DNA from: Cirrosporium novae-zelandiae
Taxonomy: Eukaryota
Length of the DNA: 64,000 bases
Reading direction: 5' to 3'
Assembly (NCBI GenBank): GCA_026023565.1
Contig: JAPETS010000031.1
Location: 62,001 to 126,000 of the forward strand
The stretch's first letter is position 1; each line of letters opens with the position of its first letter. The translations under genes were made by a program, and so were the position numbers. This document shows positions 13,101-24,760 of this stretch, in pieces. The notes below the pieces were generated by a model. That model searched no databases, had not been told where the DNA came from, and worked only from the letters and a program-made list of their open reading frames with translations.

Positions 13101-14419
13101 AGGCCCCACAGACATTAATCCGTCCCTCCATGATAAAATACTCCCGCCCCCGGCAGCTATAGTGTTGATATCTAGTTGAGGAGATTGTATATTTACTCCA
13201 GCTGTGTTGGTTTCAAAAAGATGCTGGAGGGATCCCGAAAAACGGCTAACGTCGGTGCTCGTTCCACCCATATCAAATCCAATTACTGGAACAGGATTCT
13301 GACTATCGAAACAGGTTTGGGCATATCCAACAACACCACCAGCAGGACCCGAGAGTATAGAACGTAGCCCTGAAAGCTTTTTGGAGGGCACCAAGCCACC
13401 ATCAGATTGCATGAACTCGAGCTTCATATTACTCTTTTCGATATCTGGAAAGTTTGCACTAAATTTATTAAGATATCTTTCAATGGTAGGGGTTAAGTAA
13501 GCATCAACAACGGCTGAATTTCCACGAGGAACGATTTTAGCTCTTTGTGACACCTCACTAGACAATGAAATATGTTCGAAGCCAATAGCTTTGGCGAGAT
13601 CACGAATCTGAAGTTCATGCTTCGGATAGATATATGAATGCATCAGGCAGATGGCAACAGAACGAACCCCATCTTGATAGAGTTGTGTTAAACTTTTCCT
13701 AGTGGAATTGATATCTATATCCAATCGTTAAAGTCACTATTTCTCCTTCCGAAATTTTGAACATACCTAATGGCTGAATGATTTGGAGCTCTTCACCAGA
13801 AACGCCAACTTCTGTATGAAGTCCTTTTGGATATTTCATGTCCAGATTTCTCAGATTTGAGTCGGTGCATCGCGCGAGTACTACTCGCTCTGGCACTTCA
13901 CATACAGTATCATAAAGCGGCTCTGGCCTCTTAATCGAAAGGTCAAACATAAAAGGTCGTGATTGATTCCCAATGCATAGCAAGTCCTTGAATCCTTGTG
14001 TGATCAACAGCGCAGTCCGTTCCCCTTGGCGCTCTAGTAATGCATTCGTGGCTACAGTTGTACCCATGCGAATCCATTCTTTCGAATGTTAACAGCACAG
14101 GACTTGAAAAATATTAACCCTAGAGAGGCCACACATACCGACATCTTCTAAATCTAGTAAAGAGCCGCGGGGTATTTCCCTTCCACGGTATTTCTGCAGA
14201 ACCTGTCGAATTGCTTCTGTTGGTGCATCATGATAGTTATTCGGATCAACTGATAATATCTTCACAACAACGTCGTCACCAGCAGGAACCTTGCAGATAC
14301 AGTCGGTGAAGGTGCCTCCTCGATCTAGGCGTAATTGGTCAGTCAACCAAAATTTGACTAGAAGTATGGAACCCACCAATTGAAATTCGAAGCCCTTTTG
14401 GAGATATAGCGATTGGCAT
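10130..14419 (-). CDS. OXP1: ATP-dependent 5-oxoprolinase (fused hydantoinase A/B domains), 8 exons
   Basis: ATG at 14419 ([22 protein letters not shown]), [61 protein letters not shown]; seven GT-AG introns (e.g. 14376-14325, 14138-14079) restore one frame. Confidence 0.95.
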
Positions 14420-15412
14420 GGTAACTTTGTGACATTAATACTATCCTAATCTTCGAAATAAATAGCTTGTTGCAGTATCATTATTTCTCTGGAAATCACA
14501 ATTGTTAGAATATACCAATGAAATCAAGTTCCAGGGAAGTATATGGCTAGAATTGGATTGTAGATTTTGGGGTTTTAAAAGTGAAAACATCATGTTAGAT
14601 ACGAAGAAGAGCGTTGTAGTAAGTGGAGGCAGAGGTGGGGTGTTAAGATGCAAAAGACCTTGCTTGTAGTTGCATGGGATCAAGATAACGATCCGATTGA
14701 GATGCCTGGCTCTTGGCAATCACTAGTTTGGGCGGAGATGAAGCTCCGACAACGACCTTATCCTCCATCTCCACCGCTGTAGATTTAGTCCAAGCATGTA
14801 TGTGTGCACATGGTTCGTTACTATTCATTGGAAATTCAGATAATTTGTATGAGATGATGCGAAGGAAAATTGATCAAACATGCTGAGTCCGAGAATCTTT
14901 CATTCCCATATTCACTACCGACGATATCATTATTGCTGGTTTTACCTATAAAATCATCTTAGTCACATTTTTCAACCTTAGAGTGATTTTCACATAGAGG
15001 TGAAGTTTACTATAGAAATGAATGTTGGTGTTGGAATAAATGTATATTACGCACAGACCAAATATGGCACGTGACACGGGAGCTTTTCCAGCAGAAAATA
15101 GTTAGACGCCATGTAAGCTCCTTCACAGTTCATCGCGAACGAAGACGCCTCAGTTCAGGCGCGCAAATAATCATCAATAAATCTCCAAATTTTGTGCCCA
15201 TTGAATGGCAAGAGCCGTTACTTACAATTTTCTCCCGTCCACCAAATTCCATCTAGTTCCTGACCTCTAAATTATCGAAGCCTTGTTGCACCCCCAGGGT
15301 TGGGCTCCGACTTGCGATTCAACACCAACCTCTCAGCGCGACATTCGAAAGATTTTGTGGGGTCTGAGCATAGTTCTACCTTAACTATTTCAGCAAAAGC
15401 CACCCTTTGAAA

Positions 15413-17604
15413 ATGGAGGGAGTGGAAAACGCCGAGTCTACTCCGAACAATAATCTCCAACTCTCTAGTGACGCGCCTGCGCAAAATGTTGATGCTTCTG
15501 GACAGCCCTCAGGTAAGGACGGCATTCCTTACCAACTTAGCTTAGTTTTAATGCAATTATAGATAATATTATGCAACCAACCGAAATAGAAGGGACACCA
15601 GCACACACCTCCATCGTTCAAGATACGGAAACCCCCATCACAGCTTCTGACATTGCGCAAGATCCTGCAGTGACAGATAATAATGGAGTGGATGGGCCTG
15701 AAGACGAAGAGATGGGTGGAACAGGTGCTCCAAAGAAGGAAGAGGATGTAGACGATGCTACTCAGACTGCGGGGGCAGTCGTAGATGAACAACCAGCTCA
15801 ATCTAAAGCATCCCTTGAGGCGACTGCCCGTTCTCATCTTATCGCGCAGACATACGCCGTCATCCTACCTTCATATAGCACGTGGTTCGACATGAACTCA
15901 ATACACCCAATCGAGAAAAAATCCCTACCTGAATTCTTCAACAACCGAAACCGAAGTAAAACGCCCGCAGTCTACAAGGATTATCGAGATTTTATGATAA
16001 ATACCTATCGTTTGAATCCTGTGGAATACTTGACAGTAACTGCTTGTCGACGAAATCTTGCTGGAGATGTCTGCGCTATAATGAGAGTTCATGCTTTCTT
16101 AGAACAGTGGGGTTTGATTAATTATCAGGTCGATCCTAGCACAAGGCCATCTACTATCGGTCCCCCGTTCACTGGCCACTTCAAAATCACCGCAGACACA
16201 CCCCGCGGTGTCATTCCGTTCCAACCGTCTCCAGCTACCGCTCAAACTCCTGGGAAGTCTTATCCTCCCACAGATCAAGCCGTAGCTGCGGCGGCATCTC
16301 AAGCCAAGCCAGATCTCAACCTGGAGCTAAGAAGGAATGTTTTCGATTCGAAGCAGAAGGAACTTGCATCTACTGATGACCAAGAGAGACAGTCTAACGG
16401 TGAAGCAAATGGTACAGCTTCCGGAGATCCCCTTTCAAAAGCCATGGAAGTTTCAGCAAGGGAGTCAAATAAAGAACATCACTGTTTTTCTTGTGGGGTT
16501 GACTGTACCCGTGTTCGGTGGCATAACGCCAAAACCGCAAATGGCACGACTGGTTCTGTGGCTGCCAAATCGAAATTTGATCTATGTCCTAATTGCTTCA
16601 ACGAGGGCAGATTCCCTGACACATGTACAGCTGCGGATTTTGTTAAGCTTGAAGACTCCTCATACACCAATATTAAAGATAGGGATGCTCCATGGTCAAC
16701 AGCCGAGGAACTTGCACTACTTGAAGGATTAGAGATGTTCGATGATAATTGGGGCTCAATAGCTGAACATGTTGGCACTAGGACAAAGGAAGAATGTGTA
16801 CTCCACTTCCTCCAAATGGACATTGATGGCCAGTACCGGGATGAAGAACCAACAACTCCGGTTACTAATGGTGTTGGGCCTATTGGTGCACTCCATAGTG
16901 GAAGGTTCCCATTCAGTCAGAACGACAACCCGGTCATGTCGGTCGTTGCATTCCTTTTAGAAACAGTCAATCCAACTGTTACTGCAGCTGCAGCTGGCAG
17001 GTCGGTCAGTGAAATGCGCAAAAACATGCAGAAGAAGATAGAAAATGGAATCGGCAGCGATCAACCTGAGAAAGGAAAGATTCTGGAGCCAAAGACTGAG
17101 GATAGTATGGACGTCGATGTTCCTCCAATAAAAACCCAAGAAGGCGGTGTCACAGATAAAGTAACCGAGAAACAACAAGCTCCTACCTTGGATTCAGTGG
17201 TCTTCGCTGCATCTGCCGCACGTGCTGAGAGCTTCGCATCTCATGAGGAACGTGAAATGACCCGTCTTGTAGGTGCTGCTGTCAACACTGCTCTTCAGAA
17301 GATGGAGCTCAAGCTCAAGCAATTCGCGGAGATGGAAGCGCTACTGGAAGCTGAACGTCGAGACCTTGACCGCGGCCGTGAGCAATTGTTCTTGGACCGG
17401 TTGGCATTCAGGAAGAGGGTCAGGGAAGTGGAGAGCAAACTGAAGGCCGTGAGCTTGACGAGCGGAAAAGAGGCTACCAAAGCGATGGAGGGAATTCAGA
17501 TCAATGGAGAGGATGTCAAATTCGGATTCGACAGCAGCAGTAATGTTGACGAGGTTCAACCATTGACCGTAGAAGGAACCGAATTTAAGACTTATGAGCT
17601 CTAG
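15413..17604 (+). CDS. SWI/SNF-RSC complex subunit, Swi3/Rsc8/Ssr2 family (exons 15413-15512, 15563-17604)
   Basis: SWIRM domain (RRNLAGDVCAIMRVHAFLEQWGLINYQ), ZZ-like zinc finger (CFSCGVDC...CPNCF), SANT domain (WSTAEELALLEGLEMFDDNWGSIAEHVGTRTKEECVLHF), C-terminal coiled coil; intron 15513-15562 GTAAGG...TATAG. Confidence 0.93.
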
Positions 17605-18073
17605 GGGAGCCCAAAGGGTTATTCGAGTTGCTACTGATGGGGCGTACGGCTAGGCGTCTAATGGATTCTTCAATAAGAAATGTGGGGGGGGCGGGCTATT
17701 TTCATTTTGCGGATTAGGATGGAAACACACTGTTACAACAAGTTCAAACAAATAAGTGGTAGAAGCAAAAAAAGGGCTCTCTAGAGATGTTGGAGGAGGA
17801 GCTAAGCGGTTTTTTTTTCTTCTTTCCCTCTTACTTGGTTGGGGTTTCTAGGTAACCTAAATAGGTAGTTAGGTATATCTGTGAGATAGAGAGAGAGGGA
17901 GGGAGGGAGAAATATTACGTTAAAGTCCTAAGTTTACTGGAAGAAAAAAAAGTAAGGTATATGTACGATCTTCTAGGGATTTACAGTAAAAAATAAAAAT
18001 AATCGTGTTAGTCTAGAGGGGGAAACACATTTGAATATCTAGGTAGGTTTCATGGGGGATCATGGTTGGTATA

Positions 18074-20638
18074 TTAGTCTGATGGGATGTATTCTGAGAA
18101 GTCGTCGGCGTCGCCTTGGTACCAGGCTGGAAGTGGTGGGGGCGGAGGCGGAGGAGTTCCCATCTCCATGTCTTTCTCTTGCTTTTTGTTTTCTTTTGTT
18201 TCGTTTTCTTCTTCTTCATCTTCTTCGTCCTCGTCGGTTTCGTTCTCGTCCTTTTCAGTTTCGCCCTCCTCGTCCCCATCGGAGGAATCTTGTTCATTGC
18301 CGATGCTACTCTCATCCCCTAGTATCGGAGAGGTGGTAATTCGCTGCCTACTCTGTACATCTTCCACTGAATGGGTACTCTGCGAAGGACCCGGTATTTC
18401 CGCTAATCCATTAGGTGAGGAAGCCATATAAGCCTCCGCTTCATGTGTTCTAAATCGGTTGGCTCTTTGTTTTTCCGGGGTAGGGCCAGCATTTTCTGAC
18501 TCTCTCATTTCATCGGAACCTTCGTCGGAGACTTCGCTAGAGTCATTCGAGGTTTCTGAACTTCGTGACGAATTGTCACTGCCGTCTGTAGGTGGTGCTT
18601 TGTCCGGCTTCATTGGCGGCATGGTTTGAATGTCCTGTTCACTCTCTTCGTCACTATCCTCATTAGATTCTATGCTTGCATCTTCATCGTCGTCGGAAGA
18701 GGGGTCATCAGCAGGCAGTCCGAGTTCAGGGGAAGGCTTTCGAGTAGAAAGATCTGCCTCCGTGTCTTCTTCGCTGCTATGATCATCCTCATATTCAGGC
18801 GAAGAGTCACCAGGACTTTCTTCTTCTTTTGGAAAATCCTTGCTACCCGAAACATTAATCCCCGGCCTCTCTGCTTCTGCTTCTACTATTACTGCTCTTT
18901 TCATCTCTTCTTTCTTCCTCTTGGCTTTCTCCATCCGTCTTTTATTCCTTTCAAATTCCTCCTCTGGTACAAATCCTCTATACATCTCATATTCAGGAGG
19001 AATGTAATCTAACGGAAACTTGTCCCTCCAATCGACTAACTCATGGCTTGTTTTTCGTAGCTTCTTAGGCTTTCGAGGGACTTCTAAACTAGCCGGATCA
19101 GATAATGAGGGGGGGGTTAGGTTTAGTATGTTCCAGAGGGACTGCTCTACATAATAACTTTCACGTTTGTCGGAAGCTTCGGCATGAATATCTTGATTTC
19201 GTTCGTAGGTGTATTGAGCTAGAACTTGCTGGTGAAGACTAGAGTCAATGGGTAGAAAATCTTCAGCATCCTCCAATCCATCGTTTGCGTTGCTGTTTGT
19301 AGATGGTTTCTCATCTGAAGCATCGCTATCAGAGTTGGATGTTGTGCTTTCATCCTCCGAAAAGGTGAAACTATCGGTCTCGAGTTGGCCTGGATCGTCA
19401 ATGTTAAAACCATCGCTCTTGTGTGAAGTTGCAGTCCTTAGGTCTACTTGAGAACGTTTCCAAGGTATAGAGAGTTGCTGTTCCACTTCCTCGTATGACA
19501 ACGGTGGACCATCAAGCTGCGCCTTTCGCTTCTTTTCAATACGACAAACGTTCAGATGGTGTCGTCTTGCGAGATTAATCCAGTAATCCCTTGTGTCAAG
19601 CGTCATATTTAGGTTTTTCAACGCCGCTCGCACATCTCCGCCCCGTACAGCCCCCTTTGGTTTATACCTCCCAGAACCGTCCATTGCTCGAAGACGAGAC
19701 ATTGCAAAGAAGATGGCTGTCTGGACGATCCTTTTGGTGATGCTGATAGTTAGGAGATGGAATTTATCAAACGCCATTCGCGTTATTGAAGGAGGTTCGT
19801 GTTCTGATTTCCCCACTGGAATCATAGTCTGCCAGTTTTCCTCTTCTCTTCCCTGGGAAGGAGAGGGATTCATAAATATCCTTTCACTCAGATCGAGCCA
19901 TGAAGTGAGCTGTAGAAGGCTTGCAGAAGGAAATGTACGACCTTCTTCATCGGGATTAACCGCTAAATGTTCTTTAACGCTCTCGGTGACATCTTTAGTG
20001 AGAACCCACCCATCGGGGTATTGTTTCTTTCCTTTCCTTTCCTCGCGTTTTTGTTGTACAAATTCAAGAGCATCGGCTGCACGCTCTAGAGCATCACAGC
20101 ATTCTTCGCTGAGTTCTGTTGCTGCGGGAAAATCCCGGAATCCGCGTAGACTTTGTCGTTTACCCTTCAGGTGATATTCTCTGAGGCCTTTCTGAAGGAT
20201 ATCAATATACCACTGTACTTCAGCCTCGGACTTGGTACCTATTGCAGAGGCGATTGCATTGACATCGTCTCGACCCTTGAGAGCTAGAACATCGAAAAAT
20301 ACTTCTTTCTCCTCCCTTGCCCAGAGCGTCAGCCCTATCTGACTTGACTCTAGAGGCTGGATATTTCTGAATACGTTTTTGGTAGCTACATTAGCTATAT
20401 CAGAATTCAGAAGCTTCCGGTACTCCTCTTGGACGTTGGCAGAAATGTCTCTTAGTCGACGAGGGAGCTTCAACCCACTCCTGATTTTTGTTTTGCGGAT
20501 TCGTTTAGGCCTAGACTTTTGTTGAAGTTTGGACTTGGAGTCAGATTTGATAGTGACCCTTTTGGCATCAGAGTTTGATAAGTCTTGCCATTCTGAGTTG
20601 GAATCAGACTCTTGACCCAAGTGTGAACCAGCACTCAT
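18074..20638 (-). CDS. RRN5: RNA polymerase I UAF subunit Rrn5-like protein (Myb/SANT-like domain, long acidic tail)
   Basis: Single long ORF; SQIGLTLWAREEKEVFFDVLALKGRDDVNAIASAIGTKSEAEVQWYI resembles the fungal Rrn5 Myb-like region; first ATG at 20638. Confidence 0.72.
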   Translation of the reverse strand: MSAGSHLGQESDSNSEWQDLSNSDAKRVTIKSDSKSKLQQKSRPKRIRKTKIRSGLKLPRRLRDISANVQEEYRKLLNSDIANVATKNVFRNIQPLESSQIGLTLWAREEKEVFFDVLALKGRDDVNAIASAIGTKSEAEVQWYIDILQKGLREYHLKGKRQSLRGFRDFPAATELSEECCDALERAADALEFVQQKREERKGKKQYPDGWVLTKDVTESVKEHLAVNPDEEGRTFPSASLLQLTSWLDLSERIFMNPSPSQGREEENWQTMIPVGKSEHEPPSITRMAFDKFHLLTISITKRIVQTAIFFAMSRLRAMDGSGRYKPKGAVRGGDVRAALKNLNMTLDTRDYWINLARRHHLNVCRIEKKRKAQLDGPPLSYEEVEQQLSIPWKRSQVDLRTATSHKSDGFNIDDPGQLETDSFTFSEDESTTSNSDSDASDEKPSTNSNANDGLEDAEDFLPIDSSLHQQVLAQYTYERNQDIHAEASDKRESYYVEQSLWNILNLTPPSLSDPASLEVPRKPKKLRKTSHELVDWRDKFPLDYIPPEYEMYRGFVPEEEFERNKRRMEKAKRKKEEMKRAVIVEAEAERPGINVSGSKDFPKEEESPGDSSPEYEDDHSSEEDTEADLSTRKPSPELGLPADDPSSDDDEDASIESNEDSDEESEQDIQTMPPMKPDKAPPTDGSDNSSRSSETSNDSSEVSDEGSDEMRESENAGPTPEKQRANRFRTHEAEAYMASSPNGLAEIPGPSQSTHSVEDVQSRQRITTSPILGDESSIGNEQDSSDGDEEGETEKDENETDEDEEDEEEENETKENKKQEKDMEMGTPPPPPPPLPAWYQGDADDFSEYIPSD

Positions 20639-21174
20639 TCCGATAGCCACCAGAACCTTGGGAGTTAATCTTGTTGGTTAATGTGTTTACCAAAGCAAGC
20701 ATAAAAAATTACAGCAAGATCATATGTACTCAAATTACCCATAACACCGACAAAGGCTCAAGAGTCGAGAGGGTATGACCTGATATCGCCTCAACTGTAA
20801 CTGGGATTGACTGTAACTTGAATGGATTAATGAATGAATTGGAATAATCATCCCGTATATTGTCATAGCCGACTTTCAGGATCCAGCTGGAATCCAAATA
20901 AGAAAACTAGGTCAAGTCCACTGTCCAGATAATTCTATAATTAAATGGCAGGTTCCTTGGTCCACTGGTTCCAGCTCAACTTTCAAGTCTTGCAAGAAAA
21001 AGCTAAATTTGGGTAATTTAAGGTTAGGGTATGCCATGCGTTCGCTTGACACGTGCTTTTGGGGATTGAAGCGCGTCAGAAATTCGTGACCACAGAAATC
21101 CAGATGTTTCCTCCCTTTTGTGGCGCTCAGTCTATCTAATCGATGTTTATGCAGCCACGATCACAATGTGAATT

Positions 21175-23200
21175 ATGAACACTCTCTGGAAATGCCTGGG
21201 AAGAAATGTCAGAATAAAAAGGCCTTTTATTTCTTTGATCTATATTAGACAGCTGACAGCAACTTCCCACGAACCTGCTAAGGCTCTCGATCAAGTTCCG
21301 AAGGCTCCCAGAATACAGCTACGCGGATATCAAGAGGAATGCATTCAGGCAGTTCTTTCAAATATTCAGCAGGGTCATAAACGCCTGGGCATTTCCCTTG
21401 CGACTGGTAGTGGGAAAACGGTATGATCCAAATCTACTTGGGGGATCTCTCTGCTTATGCCCGGAACAGGTCATCTTCACCCAATTGATTGGCCGATTGC
21501 CTCCGTTAAACCAACATGCTAGCCAAAGTCTCATACTCGTTCACCGTCGTGAGCTTGTCGAGCAGGCAGCCCGTCACTGTGTCAACAACTATCCTTCAAA
21601 GACCGTAGAAATTGAAATGGGAGACAGTCATGCCTCTGGCCTCGCCGATATAACTATTGCTTCTATCCAGAGTATTGTATCTGGAGATAGGATTGAAAAA
21701 TTTGATCCCAAGAGGTTCAAATTGGTTCTGGTCGATGAAGCTCACCATATAGTTGCACGGACCTACCTCGACACTCTTGAGCATTTTGGGTTGATGAAGC
21801 CAGAGGAGCACTCCCCAACGTTGGTTGGGGTCTCTGCAACCATGTCTAGATTCGATGGGCTACGGCTAGGAGCAGTAATCGACCGTATAGTGTACCATAA
21901 AGACTACATTGACATGATTGGAGAAAAATGGCTCTCGGATGTTATATTCACTACGGTGGAGTCGAAGATGGATCTGAGAAAGGTCAAGAACGGTGCCAAC
22001 GGAGATTTCGCAACAGGTGAACTTTCAAACAAAGTCAATACCTTGTATATGAACGATCTTATCATACGAACTTGGTTGGCAAAGGCTGAGAATCGGAAGT
22101 CTACTCTTGTTTTCTGTGTTGATCTTAGGCACCTCTCTGCCTTAACTAATGCCTTTCGGGATAAAGGAATTGATGCCAGATACATTACTGGAAATACCAA
22201 AAAGAATATACGCGGTGAAAGATTAGACGCATTCAGAAACGGGGAATTCCCGGTGCTCTTGAATTGTGGTGTTTTCACCGAAGGAACAGATATACCGAAT
22301 ATTGATTGTGTGCTCCTTGCCAGACCTACAAAGTCTCGGAATCTTCTTGTTCAAATGATAGGTAGGGGTATGAGACTGCATCCGACAAAGGATAATTGTC
22401 ATGTCATAGACTTTGTGACTTCTCTCCAAGTTGGAGTGGTGTCTGCCCCCTCTCTTTTCGGCCTAGATCCTTCTGAGCTCATTGATGAAGCTACTGTGAA
22501 CGATATGAAAGAAATAAAAGATCGAAAAGAAGAAGAAGACCGTCGCGAAGAGAGTACAGCTGCAATCTTTACTGAATATGATTCTTCGTCAAGCATGAAT
22601 AGAAAAGTCATTTTTACCGATTATGATAGTGTTCTTGACCTTATTGACGATACGTCTTATGAACGCTACATTCGGTCTATCAGCCGTCTCGCCTGGGTTC
22701 AAGTTGACGACTTTCGCTATGTTTTGACTGCAAGGAATGGCGATTATATGGTTATTGAAAAGGATGGCGCACTTTTTTCTGTCTGTCATACTATCAAACT
22801 GCCACCTACCAGCAAATCTAAAAGCCCATATGGAAGAGCCCGTGAAATTGCGACGGCGGAGGATTTTATCGATGCTGTTCACGCAGCAGACACATTTGCT
22901 CTGGATCGCTTTGATATTATAATGATAGGACATAACCAAAAATGGAGGAAAAAACCCGCAAGCGAGGGTCAGTTAAAGTTCTTGAATAAATTCCGTCCAG
23001 CAGATATGCAACTTTCAGAAGATGATATTACTAAAGGGAAAGCGGGTGATATGATCACTAAGCTAAAATTTGGGGCCAAGGGGCGATTCGCCAGGATGCA
23101 GACTTCGAAGAGAAAAGAGGATAGAGAACAGCACCGACGGGATCAATTGGACGAGTTGAGACGACGAGAAGAAGTAAAACTAGGTCCCCTCGAAAGTTAA
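21175..23200 (+). CDS. IRC3: Mitochondrial DExH-box helicase Irc3 (exons 21175-21420, 21470-23200)
   Basis: LRGYQEEC Q-motif, LATGSGKT Walker [27 protein letters not shown]; basic presequence-like N-terminus; intron 21421-21469. Confidence 0.9.
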
Positions 23201-23965
23201 TAAGTTTATGATACTGGTATCAAACCCCGGCGGAAATGAATAAGATAATCTGGGAGACAAAAGTACGAGAATGTACAAGTGGTTGATTATTTGGTATAAT
23301 TATGTTTGGGATAATTAATCGGAGGGACTGAATAGCACAAAACAGGGATTTGTTTGAGAAGTTTTGAGAGGTTGTTCCAGACGCTGATCATAGTTGTTGG
23401 ATCTTTTGCCGATTATCAACCGTTGGGAGTGGATTGGCTAGAATGGGTAAGAGGATGCAACCATGACGATGGTGACCATGCCATACACAACACATAAAAT
23501 AAGCGATGGCTATTAAGTAGCTATGGCGCACAGGAGCCAAGTAATATAGAAATAAATATATCTGTCATCTGTTATCTGCCATCTGCAGTGAACCTGCAAC
23601 TATTAGCCATCAGGGGAGGATGAATGCAGAGTGAGAGTGCAGAAAGTTGTTTTTGAAAGTGCAGCCAAGACGGGTCGTGCCTTCCCGTTTTGTCGTTTCT
23701 CTTCTTTTTTTTTTTCAATTTTTATTTATTTTTTGATTTAAACGTTGGAAATTACCTTTTTGCACAGGTACTTCAATCTTTCTCCTGGAGGTCACCGGGG
23801 GCGGTGCTTGGCTGGAAATTAGAGGTGGTAGGGGGGGGGGGGTTAAGGATGGTTAGAATGATTACTTGGAGTACAATGGAGGGTTGAAATGAGGCAATTG
23901 ATAGGCTGAGACTTTTTAAAGAGGCACCCTAAAGTAGACTACCCATCCCACCCCAGCAAGGTCCT

Positions 23966-24018
23966 AAGCCCCCAAGCCCCCAAGCCCCCAAGCCCCCGAA
24001 AACAAGCCCCCAAGTCCC
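23966..24018. repeat. 8-bp tandem repeat (AAGCCCCC), 4-5 copies
   Basis: AAGCCCCC x4, then a spacer, a further copy and a degenerate AAGTCCC. Confidence 0.85.
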
Positions 24019-24760
24019 TAGGTGGTTATGTGCCTAGGTAATTATCACAAGCTCCCTCCCTGGACAATTCAAGAAAGTCCAAGAACTGAAGTCTTGGAAC
24101 CAGGACTTGGTTAATTAACTTGCAGTAATTTAGACCATTAAAGATAGGAAGATAGGAAGGGTCAATTGCATGCCAACTCCAACTCTGCATTGACTAGTCT
24201 TTGTTTTTATGTTTCTTTTATTTTATTTTATGTTACTGACCTTGGTTTAGTAGACTTCCTAATAAGACTAGACATAGTCTAATAGATGGAACAATGCAGA
24301 CAATCGGAAATTAATTTATTATTCCAACTACTTTCTAACTTATCTTTATTCCTTTTCCGACCTGTACCATTGGATAATTAGAAAAAAGCTCTACCACAGC
24401 TTCCGAACCCCGTTGCCCAGTCAGATAGAGCGAAGTAGAGGGAGAGAGTGATAATTTTCCATTTTCTCGCGTGGTAAACTTTACACAGTCGTGATTCGTG
24501 ACTAGACAAATCCAGCTTTTTGGTTTGACCTCTGGCCTTTGAACCCTCCGTCCTCCGTCTTCCAAAAAGAGTCTACCAACAACCAAATAGCCAATATCCG
24601 TCACCATCTTCCCTCCTCTTCTCCTTCCCGACTTTCTTGGTATGTCTTAGCCCTCGCCCCCCCCCTCCCCCCCCCCTCCCAAACTCCTTCATACCATCAA
24701 ACGACCCAGACGTTGCGATAGACCTCGCACGCCGCATGTAGGCGTTCGAGATCATATTCA